A model generated the notes under the pieces. It worked only from the letters and a program-made list of their open reading frames with translations, did not search any database and was not told the DNA's origin. Shown piece by piece: positions 38,611-49,267 of a stretch of DNA of 64,000 nt. Both the position numbers and the translations under genes were made by a program. The stretch is from an uncultured Candidatus Saccharibacteria bacterium (GTDB lineage Bacteria; Patescibacteriota; Doudnabacteria; UBA920): assembly GCA_964434195.1 (NCBI GenBank), contig CAYSUI010000002.1:2562-66561 (forward strand). Reading direction: 5' to 3'. Numbering within the stretch: position 1 is the first letter of the stretch; each line of letters opens with the position of its first letter.

Positions 38611-39474
38611 TTATCTAATCATTCCCATATCACGATATTGGTCAATGACTTCTGGGAGAGCAAATATTGTTTCGTGGTTCCACTCAACTTCTGAAGTGCT
38701 GAAAATCAACGGAAGCTCAACTAACTTTCGGCGTTTTGTGTCTACTCGGTAAGCTTTAATACCAAACCGGTTCATAAAACTCCAAGGAGCCGCGCAATCC
38801 CAAGGTTTCTGAACCCCGGGTTTAACTATGGCTTGTTGAATGATTCCACGAACAAGGTCCATAATCATCAGAGCGAAAGATCCAGAATAGCCTCTTGAAT
38901 CCTTGACTATTCCACCAACTTCAACAGGAAGCGTTAAATCCTGAATGAATTGGGAGTAAATCCTAACGTCACTACGGAGGCCAATTATGCATTTGCTCAG
39001 GGGCTTAGGCTCTGGTCTTACTATCTGCTGAGGATCCTCTTCCTTAAAAAAATGCCAAGTATTGGGACTCTTCTCTCGAAAGTAAAAAAGCTCATCAGTG
39101 TATGGATTCATGATATAAGAACTCGTAACTTTACATCCATCGTACGTAGATAGAAGTGAAGAAATCCCATAGCTCTCATTTCGTGTAAATGCTTTGGTGC
39201 CATCTAAAGGATCTACAATTTTCCAGTTCTTGCTCCTACCTCTCGGTTTTCGTCGGATCTTTTCTTCACCTATTATTCCAGAATAGACCCCATAACATTC
39301 ATCCACAAAATCTCCGATCAACGCTTCTACACTCGTATCAGCATCTGTCTGAACATCACCCTTCCCTTTAGCATGTACCACAAAGCCAAAGCGTTTATGA
39401 ATGATTATTTTCTGAACTCTTTGCAATTCAAGCTTTATAAGTCTCGCGCTACTATGCTCATTTAATCTCGGCAT
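38611..39474 (-). CDS. Inositol monophosphatase (IMPase/CysQ) family protein
   Basis: QTDAD...E, GEE, VDPLDGTKAF, PWDCAA. Confidence 0.88.
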   Translation of the reverse strand: MPRLNEHSSARLIKLELQRVQKIIIHKRFGFVVHAKGKGDVQTDADTSVEALIGDFVDECYGVYSGIIGEEKIRRKPRGRSKNWKIVDPLDGTKAFTRNESYGISSLLSTYDGCKVTSSYIMNPYTDELFYFREKSPNTWHFFKEEDPQQIVRPEPKPLSKCIIGLRSDVRIYSQFIQDLTLPVEVGGIVKDSRGYSGSFALMIMDLVRGIIQQAIVKPGVQKPWDCAAPWSFMNRFGIKAYRVDTKRRKLVELPLIFSTSEVEWNHETIFALPEVIDQYRDMGMIR

Positions 39475-39579
39475 ATTTATTCCTCCATCCTAAAAACTTT
39501 TCCAATAGAAAGAAACCTAATTATGCAAATTACGCTATTAGTTGTCAATAAAAAATAGCACAAGTGCGTGCTAATAAGT

Positions 39580-40146
39580 TTACCCTGGAAAACTAATAGG
39601 TCGCTGAGATTTGCGACTATTCGCAAATGTTCTCAATATACTCTCACAACCCTGCTCTAACTCACCCTGCCGCCAATTCCTCATCCCTAAAGTGAAAAAT
39701 GAGCGTAAATTTGAGGCAACAGGATGGGTGTTAAATGGAATGTCCTCATCCCTATATGCCGGAATGCTGGTATCCAGCGAAATAGGAATCAACTTTTTAC
39801 TTTCATTCCCAAACCCCGATTGCCTGAAAGCAAAGTAAAAATCCTTAAGAAACGTGTCATGTTTGAAAAGATCGTGAGAGCAGAGCAAGAGAATCACATC
39901 TGTTTCATTGGCAATTGCATACAAACCAGCTCCCGACTCTTCGGAAATCAATCGTGCGTCACCCCAGGCCAGAGTAATTACCGCTTGAAGTATGCGCGCG
40001 AGTTTTGTGTCCTCTTCTGAATGTGAATGATAGATGCCAATTTGCCTGGGAAAACAAAGTTGTCCCAACTTAGCCAAAATAGCCTCTATCGTCCCTTCAT
40101 TCATCTGGGTCATATTCAAAACTTCTTTTGCTTCTTCTCGTGTCAT
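39580..40146 (-). CDS. Solo TIR-like domain protein (degenerate)
   Basis: YHSHSEEDTKLARIL, DVILLLCSHDLF, KKLIPISLD pattern; SD GGAGGT. Confidence 0.55.
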   Translation of the reverse strand: MTREEAKEVLNMTQMNEGTIEAILAKLGQLCFPRQIGIYHSHSEEDTKLARILQAVITLAWGDARLISEESGAGLYAIANETDVILLLCSHDLFKHDTFLKDFYFAFRQSGFGNESKKLIPISLDTSIPAYRDEDIPFNTHPVASNLRSFFTLGMRNWRQGELEQGCESILRTFANSRKSQRPISFPG

Positions 40147-40369
40147 TTCTTACCTCCAAATTGATATTCCAAAAAGAAATAAAATTATAACACATATAGA
40201 CATATTTTTCAATACCAAAATAGTTCAAAAGCATTTTTATGCACAAAAATACAAATTTGTCAAGGGTAGCCTTTTTTAGTTTAGTTGAAGGAACTACGTT
40301 TTTCTGGTATAGTTTTCGTGTTTCAATTTCACAAATTCATATTCTCCATAGCTATTAAAATAAAAATTT

Positions 40370-40723
40370 ATGGATCCAAATAACCTTTCAGATAATAAGG
40401 TAAAAAATAGTGAAATCCCAGGCAGGATGTCACTAGAGGAGCTTCACAGAGAACGCCTAGAACTTGAAGAGGCAAAAAAGGCTACTTCTGGAGTAAATCC
40501 CAACGTTAAACTCTTCAATGCAATGTCGATGTTTAATGTTGCAGTGGATTTTGGACTCATAATAGCGCTACCTTTAGTTGCGGGAGTATATCTCGGGAAA
40601 TGGTTAGACAATAGATATGGAACCAAATACATGATACTAATAGCTATACTAGTTGCAATTTTCATAAGTGCTGTTGGTCTGTACAAGCAAATTAATAAGT
40701 TATCTAAGCAAATAAAGAAATGA
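40370..40723 (+). CDS. AtpZ/AtpI-family ATP synthase gene-1 protein
   Basis: Two TM segments with GKWLD motif; first gene of the atp operon. Confidence 0.8.
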   Translation: MDPNNLSDNKVKNSEIPGRMSLEELHRERLELEEAKKATSGVNPNVKLFNAMSMFNVAVDFGLIIALPLVAGVYLGKWLDNRYGTKYMILIAILVAIFISAVGLYKQINKLSKQIKK

Positions 40724-41565
40724 CCTTACCACCACTCGCGGCAGAAGTAATGTTTAATATAGGTGCCCTGCCGATTACGAATTCTCTCATAAACTCAACA
40801 ATTACTTTAATTGGATTTATAGTATTCGCTTTCTTTGTCCAATTAGGGATTAGGAAATACTACACAAAAAAAGAACAGTCTCCGAAAGGTATAGTGAATT
40901 TTTTCGAGGCCCTTCTTGAATTTATGTTTAGTTATTTCGACCAAGTTACTGGAGACAGAAAAAAATCTTTGAAATTCTTGCCAATCGTTGGAACTTTTTT
41001 CCTATTTATCCTTGTGTCTAACTGGATGGGATTACTCCCAGGTACGGGTTCTATAGGATTATGGCAACTACACCATGGAAAAATAGAACTAATTCCTTTA
41101 TTTAGACCTAGTAATTCAGACTTAAACATGACAGTTGCGATGGCTGTTCTTGCTGTGGGGCTTTCTCATATTTTGGGTATAATGGCCATTGGTTTTTTCA
41201 AATACCTAAATAAATTTATAAAATTAGGTGATTTGCTTAAAGCAATTCTATCATTCAACCCTGTAAAAATACTCGTTGCTGTTATTGAATTCTTTGTTGG
41301 CTTAATTGAAATTTTTTCGGAAATTGCAAAAATGGTTTCTCTCTCCCTTCGTCTCTATGGAAATGTTTTCGCAGGTGAAGTACTTCTTACTGTAATTGCA
41401 GGACTCATTTCTGTATTCGTACCACTGCCTTTTGTTGGATTGGAAATAATTGTTGGATTAATTCAGGCAGTCGTATTTTCTATGCTTACTCTGGTTTATC
41501 TAAATCTAGCCACTCTAGACCATGAACATTCTGCTCAGGGTGAGCATGATCCAGAACCAGCGTAA
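40720..41565 (+). CDS. atpB: ATP synthase Fo subunit a
   Basis: SNWMGLLPG, SLSLRLYGNVFAGE, IQAVVFSML. Confidence 0.96.
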   Translation: MTLPPLAAEVMFNIGALPITNSLINSTITLIGFIVFAFFVQLGIRKYYTKKEQSPKGIVNFFEALLEFMFSYFDQVTGDRKKSLKFLPIVGTFFLFILVSNWMGLLPGTGSIGLWQLHHGKIELIPLFRPSNSDLNMTVAMAVLAVGLSHILGIMAIGFFKYLNKFIKLGDLLKAILSFNPVKILVAVIEFFVGLIEIFSEIAKMVSLSLRLYGNVFAGEVLLTVIAGLISVFVPLPFVGLEIIVGLIQAVVFSMLTLVYLNLATLDHEHSAQGEHDPEPA

Positions 41566-41639
41566 ATTAATTAACCAGTAGAGAGACGTTAAACAATTAA
41601 AAAAATAAGTCTACAAAACTGGAAAAAGAAAGGAAATAA

Positions 41640-41858
41640 ATGGACTCAGAAAGTATGGTAGTAGTAGCGAAAGCTTTCACAATAGCAATTGGTGGTCTTA
41701 TGCCAGCTTACGCTATAGGAAAAACCGCATCTAAAGCAATGGAATCAATAGGTAGAAATCCAGAATCAGCAGAAAAGCTATTCGTACCTATGTTGTTATC
41801 CTTAGCTTTTGCTGAGGCTATCGCTATTTACGCGTTAGTTGTAACCTTCACTCTTTAA
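41640..41858 (+). CDS. atpE: ATP synthase Fo subunit c
   Basis: GRNPE loop, FAEAIAIY. Confidence 0.96.
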   Translation: MDSESMVVVAKAFTIAIGGLMPAYAIGKTASKAMESIGRNPESAEKLFVPMLLSLAFAEAIAIYALVVTFTL

Positions 41859-41923
41859 ATAGTGATTTAGTTAGTCCAAAGCAATTTGGACTGACATAAT
41901 TAATATTTAATTAATTTTAACAG

Positions 41924-42502
41924 ATGCAAATCGTAGAAATACTATCTATATTTACAAATGTGGCACTGGCTGCAGAAGAAGTAGGCCATGCTGCAGCAGA
42001 ACCTTCTGTCTTAGGGACTTTAGGAATTAACTGGAAACTATTCCTCGCCCAGTTACTGAATTTCAGTTTGGTTCTTTTTGTTCTCTGGAAATGGGTCTTT
42101 AAGCCTGTCTCGAAAAAATTGACAGAACGAAGTGAAAAAATTGCTACCGCACTAAAAGACGCTGAAGATATAGAAAAAGAAAAACTTGCTTTCGATGAAT
42201 GGAAGAACCAACAGATTACGGATGCAAAGAATGAAGCATTTCAAATTATCACCGACGCCAAAAAAGACGCTGAGGCTGTTAAGGCTGAAATACTAAAACA
42301 AGCAAAATTAGAACAAGCCAAGATCGTAGAAATGAGTAAGAAAGAAATACACGACGAGGCAGAAAAATCTGCTACTAAAATTAAAACAGAAGTAGCGACT
42401 TTGGTAGTTAGCGCCACAGAAAAAATCTTAAAGGAAAAACTCGATCCTGCTAAAGACAAGGAAATTCTAAAAAAGGCGATTACCGATTCATTAAACTCTT
42501 AG
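41924..42502 (+). CDS. atpF: ATP synthase Fo subunit b
   Basis: QLLNF...KP...L.ER followed by a coiled coil. Confidence 0.93.
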   Translation: MQIVEILSIFTNVALAAEEVGHAAAEPSVLGTLGINWKLFLAQLLNFSLVLFVLWKWVFKPVSKKLTERSEKIATALKDAEDIEKEKLAFDEWKNQQITDAKNEAFQIITDAKKDAEAVKAEILKQAKLEQAKIVEMSKKEIHDEAEKSATKIKTEVATLVVSATEKILKEKLDPAKDKEILKKAITDSLNS

Positions 42503-42503
42503 T

Positions 42504-42896
42504 ATGAGATATAAACCAAAACAATACGCCGAAAGTCTATATCTTGCTATGTCGGAAGTAGGCGAAAAAGGGGCAGATAAAGTCATAGAGACACTCATAG
42601 AATTACTTAAAAAAAACGGTGACCTGTCTCAATACGAAAATATTATTGAAGAATTTGAGAAAATCACTTTTAGTGAAGAAGGAAGGGCGAAAGCATCCGT
42701 TATTACGGTAAACGATATGTCTATAGAAAAGGAGATGCTTGATGACCTTAATAAAATTGTTGGGAAAAAATTAGACCTAGAAAAGTCCAAAGAACCTGAT
42801 CTGATTGGCGGCATGGTTCTCAGAACCGACGATATGCTATTCGACGCCAGTATTAAAGGGAAGTTAAATAAAATTCAAGAATCAATGATTAAATAA
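42504..42896 (+). CDS. atpH: ATP synthase delta subunit (short form)
   Basis: LIGGMVL...DASIKGKL; position in operon. Confidence 0.88.
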   Translation: MRYKPKQYAESLYLAMSEVGEKGADKVIETLIELLKKNGDLSQYENIIEEFEKITFSEEGRAKASVITVNDMSIEKEMLDDLNKIVGKKLDLEKSKEPDLIGGMVLRTDDMLFDASIKGKLNKIQESMIK

Positions 42897-42904
42897 TTTC
42901 TAAG

Positions 42905-44404
42905 ATGAACACAGACCATATAATTCAAAAGTTAAAAGATCAGATATCCAATACTGATTTAGTAGATAAGGCTGAACAAATAGGTACCGTTGTCTCGGTA
43001 GGTGATGGTGTTGCCAGGATGTCAGGACTTAGTAGTGTAGCTAGCATGGAAATGTTAGATTTTGGCAATGGCGTATTTGGTGTCGCGTTAAACTTAGAAG
43101 AAGATTCCGTTGGTGCAATTATTCTTGGTGATTATTTAAAAGTTAATACAGGCGATGTTGTTAAAGCAACAGGTAGAATACTTTCTATTCCAGCTGGAGA
43201 AGCTTTCATTGGTCGCGTTGTTAATGCTTTAGGTGAACCTAAAGACGGTAAGGGTTCTATTAAGGAATCCGCTTTCTACCCTATAGAAAAAATAGCTCCA
43301 GGGGTTATTACTAGAAAATCGGTCACAGTTCCATTACAAACAGGAATTAAGGCCATAGATGCACTAATACCTATAGGAAGAGGTCAACGTGAACTTATTA
43401 TCGGAGACAGGCAGACAGGTAAAACAGCTATCGCAATAGATACCATTTTAAACCAAAAAGGTCAGAATATTGTATGTATTTATGTAGCAGTTGGCCAGAA
43501 AGAAAGTAAGGTTGCAAAAATTGTTGCCGAACTGGAAGCCAAAGGTGCTATGGACTACACAATAGTAGTCTCAGCTGGCGCAAGTGAGCCAGCTGCTTTA
43601 TCTTTTATCGCCCCATACGCAGGTTGTGCACTTGGTGAATATTTTATGGATCAAGGTAAAGATGTTTTGGTCGTATATGACGATTTGTCCAAACAAGCTG
43701 TTGCATATAGAGAAATTTCCTTGTTACTTAGAAGACCACCAGGTAGAGAAGCTTACCCTGGAGATGTTTTCTATCTTCACTCCAGACTTTTAGAAAGAGC
43801 AGCAAGGCTTAACGAAGATTACGGTGGGGGTAGCCTTACCGCTTTACCAATCATTGAGACCCAAGCTGGAGATATTTCCGCATATATTCCAACAAATGTT
43901 ATATCCATCACAGATGGTCAAATCTTCCTTGAATCAGACCTTTTCTACAAGGGTGTAAGACCAGCGCTCAACGTAGGTTTATCTGTCTCACGTGTAGGTG
44001 GTGCTGCTCAAACCAAAGCTATGAAAAAAGTAGCTGGCAAAATGAAATTATCTTTAGCTCAGTTCAGAGAGTTAGAGGCATTCGCCCAATTTGGTAGCGA
44101 TTTAGACGCTGAAACCAAAAAACAGCTTGACCTAGGTAAAAGACTAAATGAAATTCTTAAACAACCACAATACCAACCAGTCGGCCTCGCTCATCAGGTA
44201 GCAATCTTTTATGCAGCAAACAACGGATATTTAAACGATATTCAAATAGAAAGAGTAGGGGAGTTTGAAAGTAAATTCCGAGATTATCTCGATATTCAAG
44301 CAAAAAATGTCGTTGAAGGCATAACCACAGGAAAAGAATTGACTCCTGAAATAGAAGAAGAGTTAAAAAAAGCCATAGTCCAATTCAAGCAATCTTTTAA
44401 ATAA
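42905..44404 (+). CDS. atpA: ATP synthase F1 alpha
   Basis: [29 protein letters not shown]. Confidence 0.98.
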   Translation: MNTDHIIQKLKDQISNTDLVDKAEQIGTVVSVGDGVARMSGLSSVASMEMLDFGNGVFGVALNLEEDSVGAIILGDYLKVNTGDVVKATGRILSIPAGEAFIGRVVNALGEPKDGKGSIKESAFYPIEKIAPGVITRKSVTVPLQTGIKAIDALIPIGRGQRELIIGDRQTGKTAIAIDTILNQKGQNIVCIYVAVGQKESKVAKIVAELEAKGAMDYTIVVSAGASEPAALSFIAPYAGCALGEYFMDQGKDVLVVYDDLSKQAVAYREISLLLRRPPGREAYPGDVFYLHSRLLERAARLNEDYGGGSLTALPIIETQAGDISAYIPTNVISITDGQIFLESDLFYKGVRPALNVGLSVSRVGGAAQTKAMKKVAGKMKLSLAQFRELEAFAQFGSDLDAETKKQLDLGKRLNEILKQPQYQPVGLAHQVAIFYAANNGYLNDIQIERVGEFESKFRDYLDIQAKNVVEGITTGKELTPEIEEELKKAIVQFKQSFK

Positions 44405-44405
44405 T

Positions 44406-45275
44406 ATGCCGGGATTACAAGCATTAACAAGAAGAATAAAATCAGTTAAATCTACACGCAAAGTCACCAGGGCTATGCAGATGGTTTCAGCTGCCAAAAT
44501 GAGGAAAGCGCAAATTCAAGCGGTGACCAGTAGAAATTATTCAGAATTAGCGTGGTCACTCATATCTGAACTTAATAGAAATTCTGTTTTAGAGCACCCA
44601 CTACTCAGAATGAATAAAGAGGCTAAAAAAATTGGTGTGGTTGTAGTGTCTACAAACAAAGGTTTGGTTGGGAGTCTCAATACCAACTTGCTTCTCAAAT
44701 TGAGAGAAATAGAAGATGCAGAAGTAGAGATTGTCAAAGAGTATGTGGTTATGGGAAGAAAAATTCGCGAGGCAGCCGTTAGGCTCAAAAAACAAGTAAT
44801 TGCAGATTTTGAAAAAACAGAAAGCGCCTCAAAACCAGAAGATATATTTCCTTTGGCAGAGATGCTCACAAAAGCATACAGGCTCGGTGAGTATAAAAAA
44901 ATTTATCTAGTCTACAACCAATTTATTTCTACACTTGCCCAGAAACCCATAGCTAAAGTTATCCTCCCTATCAAAGCTGAGGTGAACCCAAATGAAACCA
45001 GGGCAATAAGTTCAGAATTTCTTTTCGAGCCTGACGAAAATGCTGTCCTGGACCATTTATTACCTAGAATCCTAGAGAGTCAGATATATCAATCTGTATT
45101 GGAAAGTAACGCTAGTGAACATTCGGCTAGAATGATAATGATGAAAAATGCTACGGAATCGGCTGGTGATCTAATTCAGGACCTGACACTTACTTTTAAC
45201 CAATTAAGACAAAATAAAATTACTACCGAGTTAAGTGAGATTACCGCGGGTAAACTCGCCCTTGAGGAAAAATAA
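44406..45275 (+). CDS. atpG: ATP synthase F1 gamma
   Basis: KVTRAMQMVSAAK, SEHSARM..M..AT, RQNKITTEL. Confidence 0.97.
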   Translation: MPGLQALTRRIKSVKSTRKVTRAMQMVSAAKMRKAQIQAVTSRNYSELAWSLISELNRNSVLEHPLLRMNKEAKKIGVVVVSTNKGLVGSLNTNLLLKLREIEDAEVEIVKEYVVMGRKIREAAVRLKKQVIADFEKTESASKPEDIFPLAEMLTKAYRLGEYKKIYLVYNQFISTLAQKPIAKVILPIKAEVNPNETRAISSEFLFEPDENAVLDHLLPRILESQIYQSVLESNASEHSARMIMMKNATESAGDLIQDLTLTFNQLRQNKITTELSEITAGKLALEEK

Positions 45276-45302
45276 TAAGAATAATTATTTAACAATAAGT
45301 AA

Positions 45303-46712
<1,410 letters not shown>

Positions 46713-46713
46713 T

Positions 46714-47166
46714 ATGAAACTTAAATTAACAATTGTTAGCCCAGAAAAGGTACTTACAAATACAGAGGCAGATAGCGTTAGCGTGTTTACCCCCCAAGGG
46801 CAAATAACAGTACTTCCAAACCATATACCATTGGTAAGCGTTATAGTACCAGGCGAAATAATAGTCAAAAACAGTGGTGAAGAGAGCTATTATCACGCTA
46901 GTGGGGGATTCTTACAGGTAGAAAACGGTGGTGAAGTAAGATTTCTAGTTGACGCAGCGGAACACATCTCAGAGATAGACGAAGCAAGAGCAGAAGCAGC
47001 AAGAGCAAAAGCAAAAGCCGCAATAGATAGCGCAAGACTAACTGAACAAGAATTCGCAGTAACATACGCAGCGCTCGAACGAAGTCTATCAAGACTAAAT
47101 TTCATTAAAAAACATTCCAGCAGAAACAGAACACCTATTACTGGTGAATCAGTATTCAGAGAATAA
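46714..47166 (+). CDS. atpC: ATP synthase F1 epsilon
   Basis: IVSPEK, GQITVLPNHIP, SGGFLQV. Confidence 0.95.
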   Translation: MKLKLTIVSPEKVLTNTEADSVSVFTPQGQITVLPNHIPLVSVIVPGEIIVKNSGEESYYHASGGFLQVENGGEVRFLVDAAEHISEIDEARAEAARAKAKAAIDSARLTEQEFAVTYAALERSLSRLNFIKKHSSRNRTPITGESVFRE

Positions 47167-47200
47167 AAAAATCTCTCGCAAAAAAGCGAGAGATTTTTTT
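47165..47200 (+). terminator. atp operon terminator
   Basis: AAAATCTCTCGC/GCGAGAGATTTT stem followed by a T-run. Confidence 0.85.
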
Positions 47201-47427
47201 ATATTAAAACATAACTGTGGAAAACTTTTTTTCAAACCTTTCATTTATAAATTGAAAAAATTTTTCTTTTACATTTCAAAAAAGAATAAACTGATTAAAA
47301 ACACTCGTAAATATGGGGTTTTTGTAGAGAAAAAATATTTATAAAATAATTTAAGTTAAAATAAAATTTTTTAAATATAAAAATAATTTTTTTAAAAAAA
47401 AAATTGAACTAAAAAACATTTTTTTTC

Positions 47428-47456
47428 TTGACACTAGTATTTTATTTTCGTAATAT
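47428..47456 (+). promoter_or_regulatory. Sigma70 promoter preceded by a long A/T-tract region
   Basis: TTGACA, 17 nt, TAATAT. Confidence 0.6.
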
Positions 47457-47616
47457 ATTAATGAATTTCAAAGAAAAAAAATCTTACGAGAAATAGAAAG
47501 AAAATAAACAGAAATAGAAAAAAGAAATTCATAACAATACTACTTACTCAATTTTATTGAGAGTAGAAAATTAAGAAGAGAGACCAAAATCAGTCTCCTT
47601 CAGGAGAAAGCCACAA

Positions 47617-47688
47617 ATGGCAGCAAAGAAAAAGAAGCCAGCAGCAAAAAAGAAAAAAGCTCCAGCAAAGAAAAAAGCTCGACGCTAA
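47617..47688 (+). CDS. 23-aa Lys/Ala/Pro histone-H1-like peptide (not in the ORF track)
   Basis: MAAKKKKPAAKKKKAPAKKKARR; AGGAG upstream; own promoter and terminator. Confidence 0.7.
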   Translation: MAAKKKKPAAKKKKAPAKKKARR

Positions 47689-47709
47689 ATTCTTTTTTCC
47701 TAACGGAAC

Positions 47710-47742
47710 ATAAAACCACTCGCAAAATTCGAGTGGTTTTAT
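47710..47742 (+). terminator. Terminator after the basic peptide gene
   Basis: ATAAAACCACTCG/CGAGTGGTTTTAT hairpin. Confidence 0.75.
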
Positions 47743-47769
47743 GATATAAGATATAAAACAAGTTTTATA

Positions 47770-47805
47770 ACTAAAAAATTCCATCAATCGATGGAATTTT
47801 TTAGT
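47770..47805 (-). terminator. Terminator of the minus-strand tRNA operon
   Basis: ACTAAAAAATTCCATC/GATGGAATTTTTTAGT inverted repeat abutting the tRNA-Asp 3' end. Confidence 0.75.
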
Positions 47806-47881
47806 GGCGGACTGAACGGGACTCGAACCCGCGACCTCTCCCGTGACAGGGGAGCGCTCTAACCAACTGAGCTACCAGTCC
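47805..47881 (-). tRNA. tRNA-Asp(GTC)
   Basis: Reverse complement GGACTGG...CTGTCAC...GGTTCGAGTCC...GCCA. Confidence 0.95.
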
Positions 47882-47919
47882 TAGTTTGTTAGTATGAAAT
47901 TTTCCTTATGCGGTCTTGC

Positions 47920-47996
47920 TGGTAGCGGTGAATGGAATTGCACCATTGACCTTGGGCTTATGAGTCCCACGCTCTAACTAACTGAGCTACACCGCC
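47920..47996 (-). tRNA. tRNA with CAT anticodon, probably elongator Met (Ile2 not excluded)
   Basis: Reverse complement GGCGGTG...CTCATAA...GGTGCAATTCC...ACCA; T-loop reads TGCAATT. Confidence 0.9.
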
Positions 47997-48013
47997 TAAT
48001 TTTGGGCCATATA

Positions 48014-48201
48014 AACCACGGGTCAACCCAGAAAATAATTTCCGATTGCTAGTATTGATAGCGAGCGAAGCAATGCTATATGCTATTCACAAAAGTAGCT
48101 CGCTACTTTTGAAAGGGGCAACATGGTGAACGGAACGGAAGGTTTATGGAGCATCAGCGTAATAAACCTGCAGTGCAGTGAGCCATGATTGACCCGTGGT
48201 T
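48014..48201. repeat. Structured element bounded by a perfect 13-bp inverted repeat
   Basis: AACCACGGGTCAA (48014-48026) / TTGACCCGTGGTT (48189-48201) with internal hairpins. Confidence 0.7.
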
Positions 48202-48272
48202 GCGGGGCCCGGACTCGAACCGGGAGCCTCCAGGTTATGAGCCTGGCGAGATGCCAATTTCTCTACCCCGCG
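48197..48272 (-). tRNA. Initiator tRNA-fMet(CAT)
   Basis: Reverse complement CGCGGGG...CTCATAA...CCCCGCAACCA with a C1:A72 mismatch. Confidence 0.93.
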
Positions 48273-48382
48273 ACATTCACTTTTTAAGTGATTTCGTGTA
48301 TTCTTAGGTACAAACTTTATAGAGTCAACTGCGGTAGTATAGCGTAGAATTTAAAGTTTAGCAAGCAAAAAAAGGAGGAAAA

Positions 48383-49105
48383 TTGCAACATTTAAGCATA
48401 TTCAAAGAGGGGCTCTGGAAAAACGTAGTAGATATATGGACTAGCGGTCAAGTAGGCCTACCTGAAGTAGAGAGATGGTCCGTACATGCAAGTCTTGGAG
48501 CCGAACACGGGGGAATTCGTAAGCAAAACTCCCTACAACATTCATATTCAATAACCCTCCTAGGCTCTATGCTAATACGGAGTTCAAGGGAATATATTGC
48601 TGGCTTAGACGAGGTGTTATTGCTTAACGCATTACTAGTTCATGATCACGGGGAGGGAGAATTAGGGAGAGATATAGTTGCAATTCATAAAAACGAAAAT
48701 GCAGACTTAGATGAATACAATGCATTTTGCAATAGATTTAATCAATTGCCAAAGTATCTTTTCAATTTTTACCATGAGGCATTTTTGCTTCAATTCGCAT
48801 TGGCCAAACCTAATTCTTTTCCTTCCAAAGCGCGAAGTGTTATGGCCTATCTCAGAAAATTCAAAAAGATGGAATGTCTTCTATTTGAATTCATTGAAAG
48901 ATGGGATTACCTAGTTTACGCATTAGAGCAATATTCAATTCGAGGTAATGAACGCATTCTTGTAAACGTACTCAGGCCTCAATCCAAACGATTCAACCAA
49001 CTAGCAAAGGAAATTCCTGGAGCCAGAGAACTTGTCTGGACAAAAGAAGCTGAAAATTGGACTAATAACTTTCTGTCTAAACACGAAGGTAAATGGGAAG
49101 AGTGA
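48383..49105 (+). CDS. HD-domain hydrolase (YfbR-like)
   Basis: VERW, NSLQHSY, LVHDHGE...DI; TTG start with SD AGGAGG. Confidence 0.75.
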   Translation: MQHLSIFKEGLWKNVVDIWTSGQVGLPEVERWSVHASLGAEHGGIRKQNSLQHSYSITLLGSMLIRSSREYIAGLDEVLLLNALLVHDHGEGELGRDIVAIHKNENADLDEYNAFCNRFNQLPKYLFNFYHEAFLLQFALAKPNSFPSKARSVMAYLRKFKKMECLLFEFIERWDYLVYALEQYSIRGNERILVNVLRPQSKRFNQLAKEIPGARELVWTKEAENWTNNFLSKHEGKWEE

Positions 49106-49267
49106 ATAAGTTAAACCATCTTAAACAATATTTCTAGGAATCCTAATCCACATAAAATATATAACCCACTTAGGGTAATTTTTTATTTGTATTGAAAATA
49201 TTATATTTCTATGCTTTAATTGGTATCCGGTTCTCAAAGTGAAAAAATTACGGAGGTATTAAATAGA

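Noticed and set aside
47144-47344. 66-aa ORF from the track
   Set aside because: Low-complexity AT-rich sequence crossing the atp terminator; no start signals
47167-47460. Possible replication origin (AT-rich, DnaA-like box)
   Set aside because: Only one imperfect box, no dnaA/dnaN adjacent, and gene orientation stays mostly + on both sides
47590-47787. 65-aa minus-strand ORF
   Set aside because: Antisense shadow of the Lys-rich peptide gene and terminators
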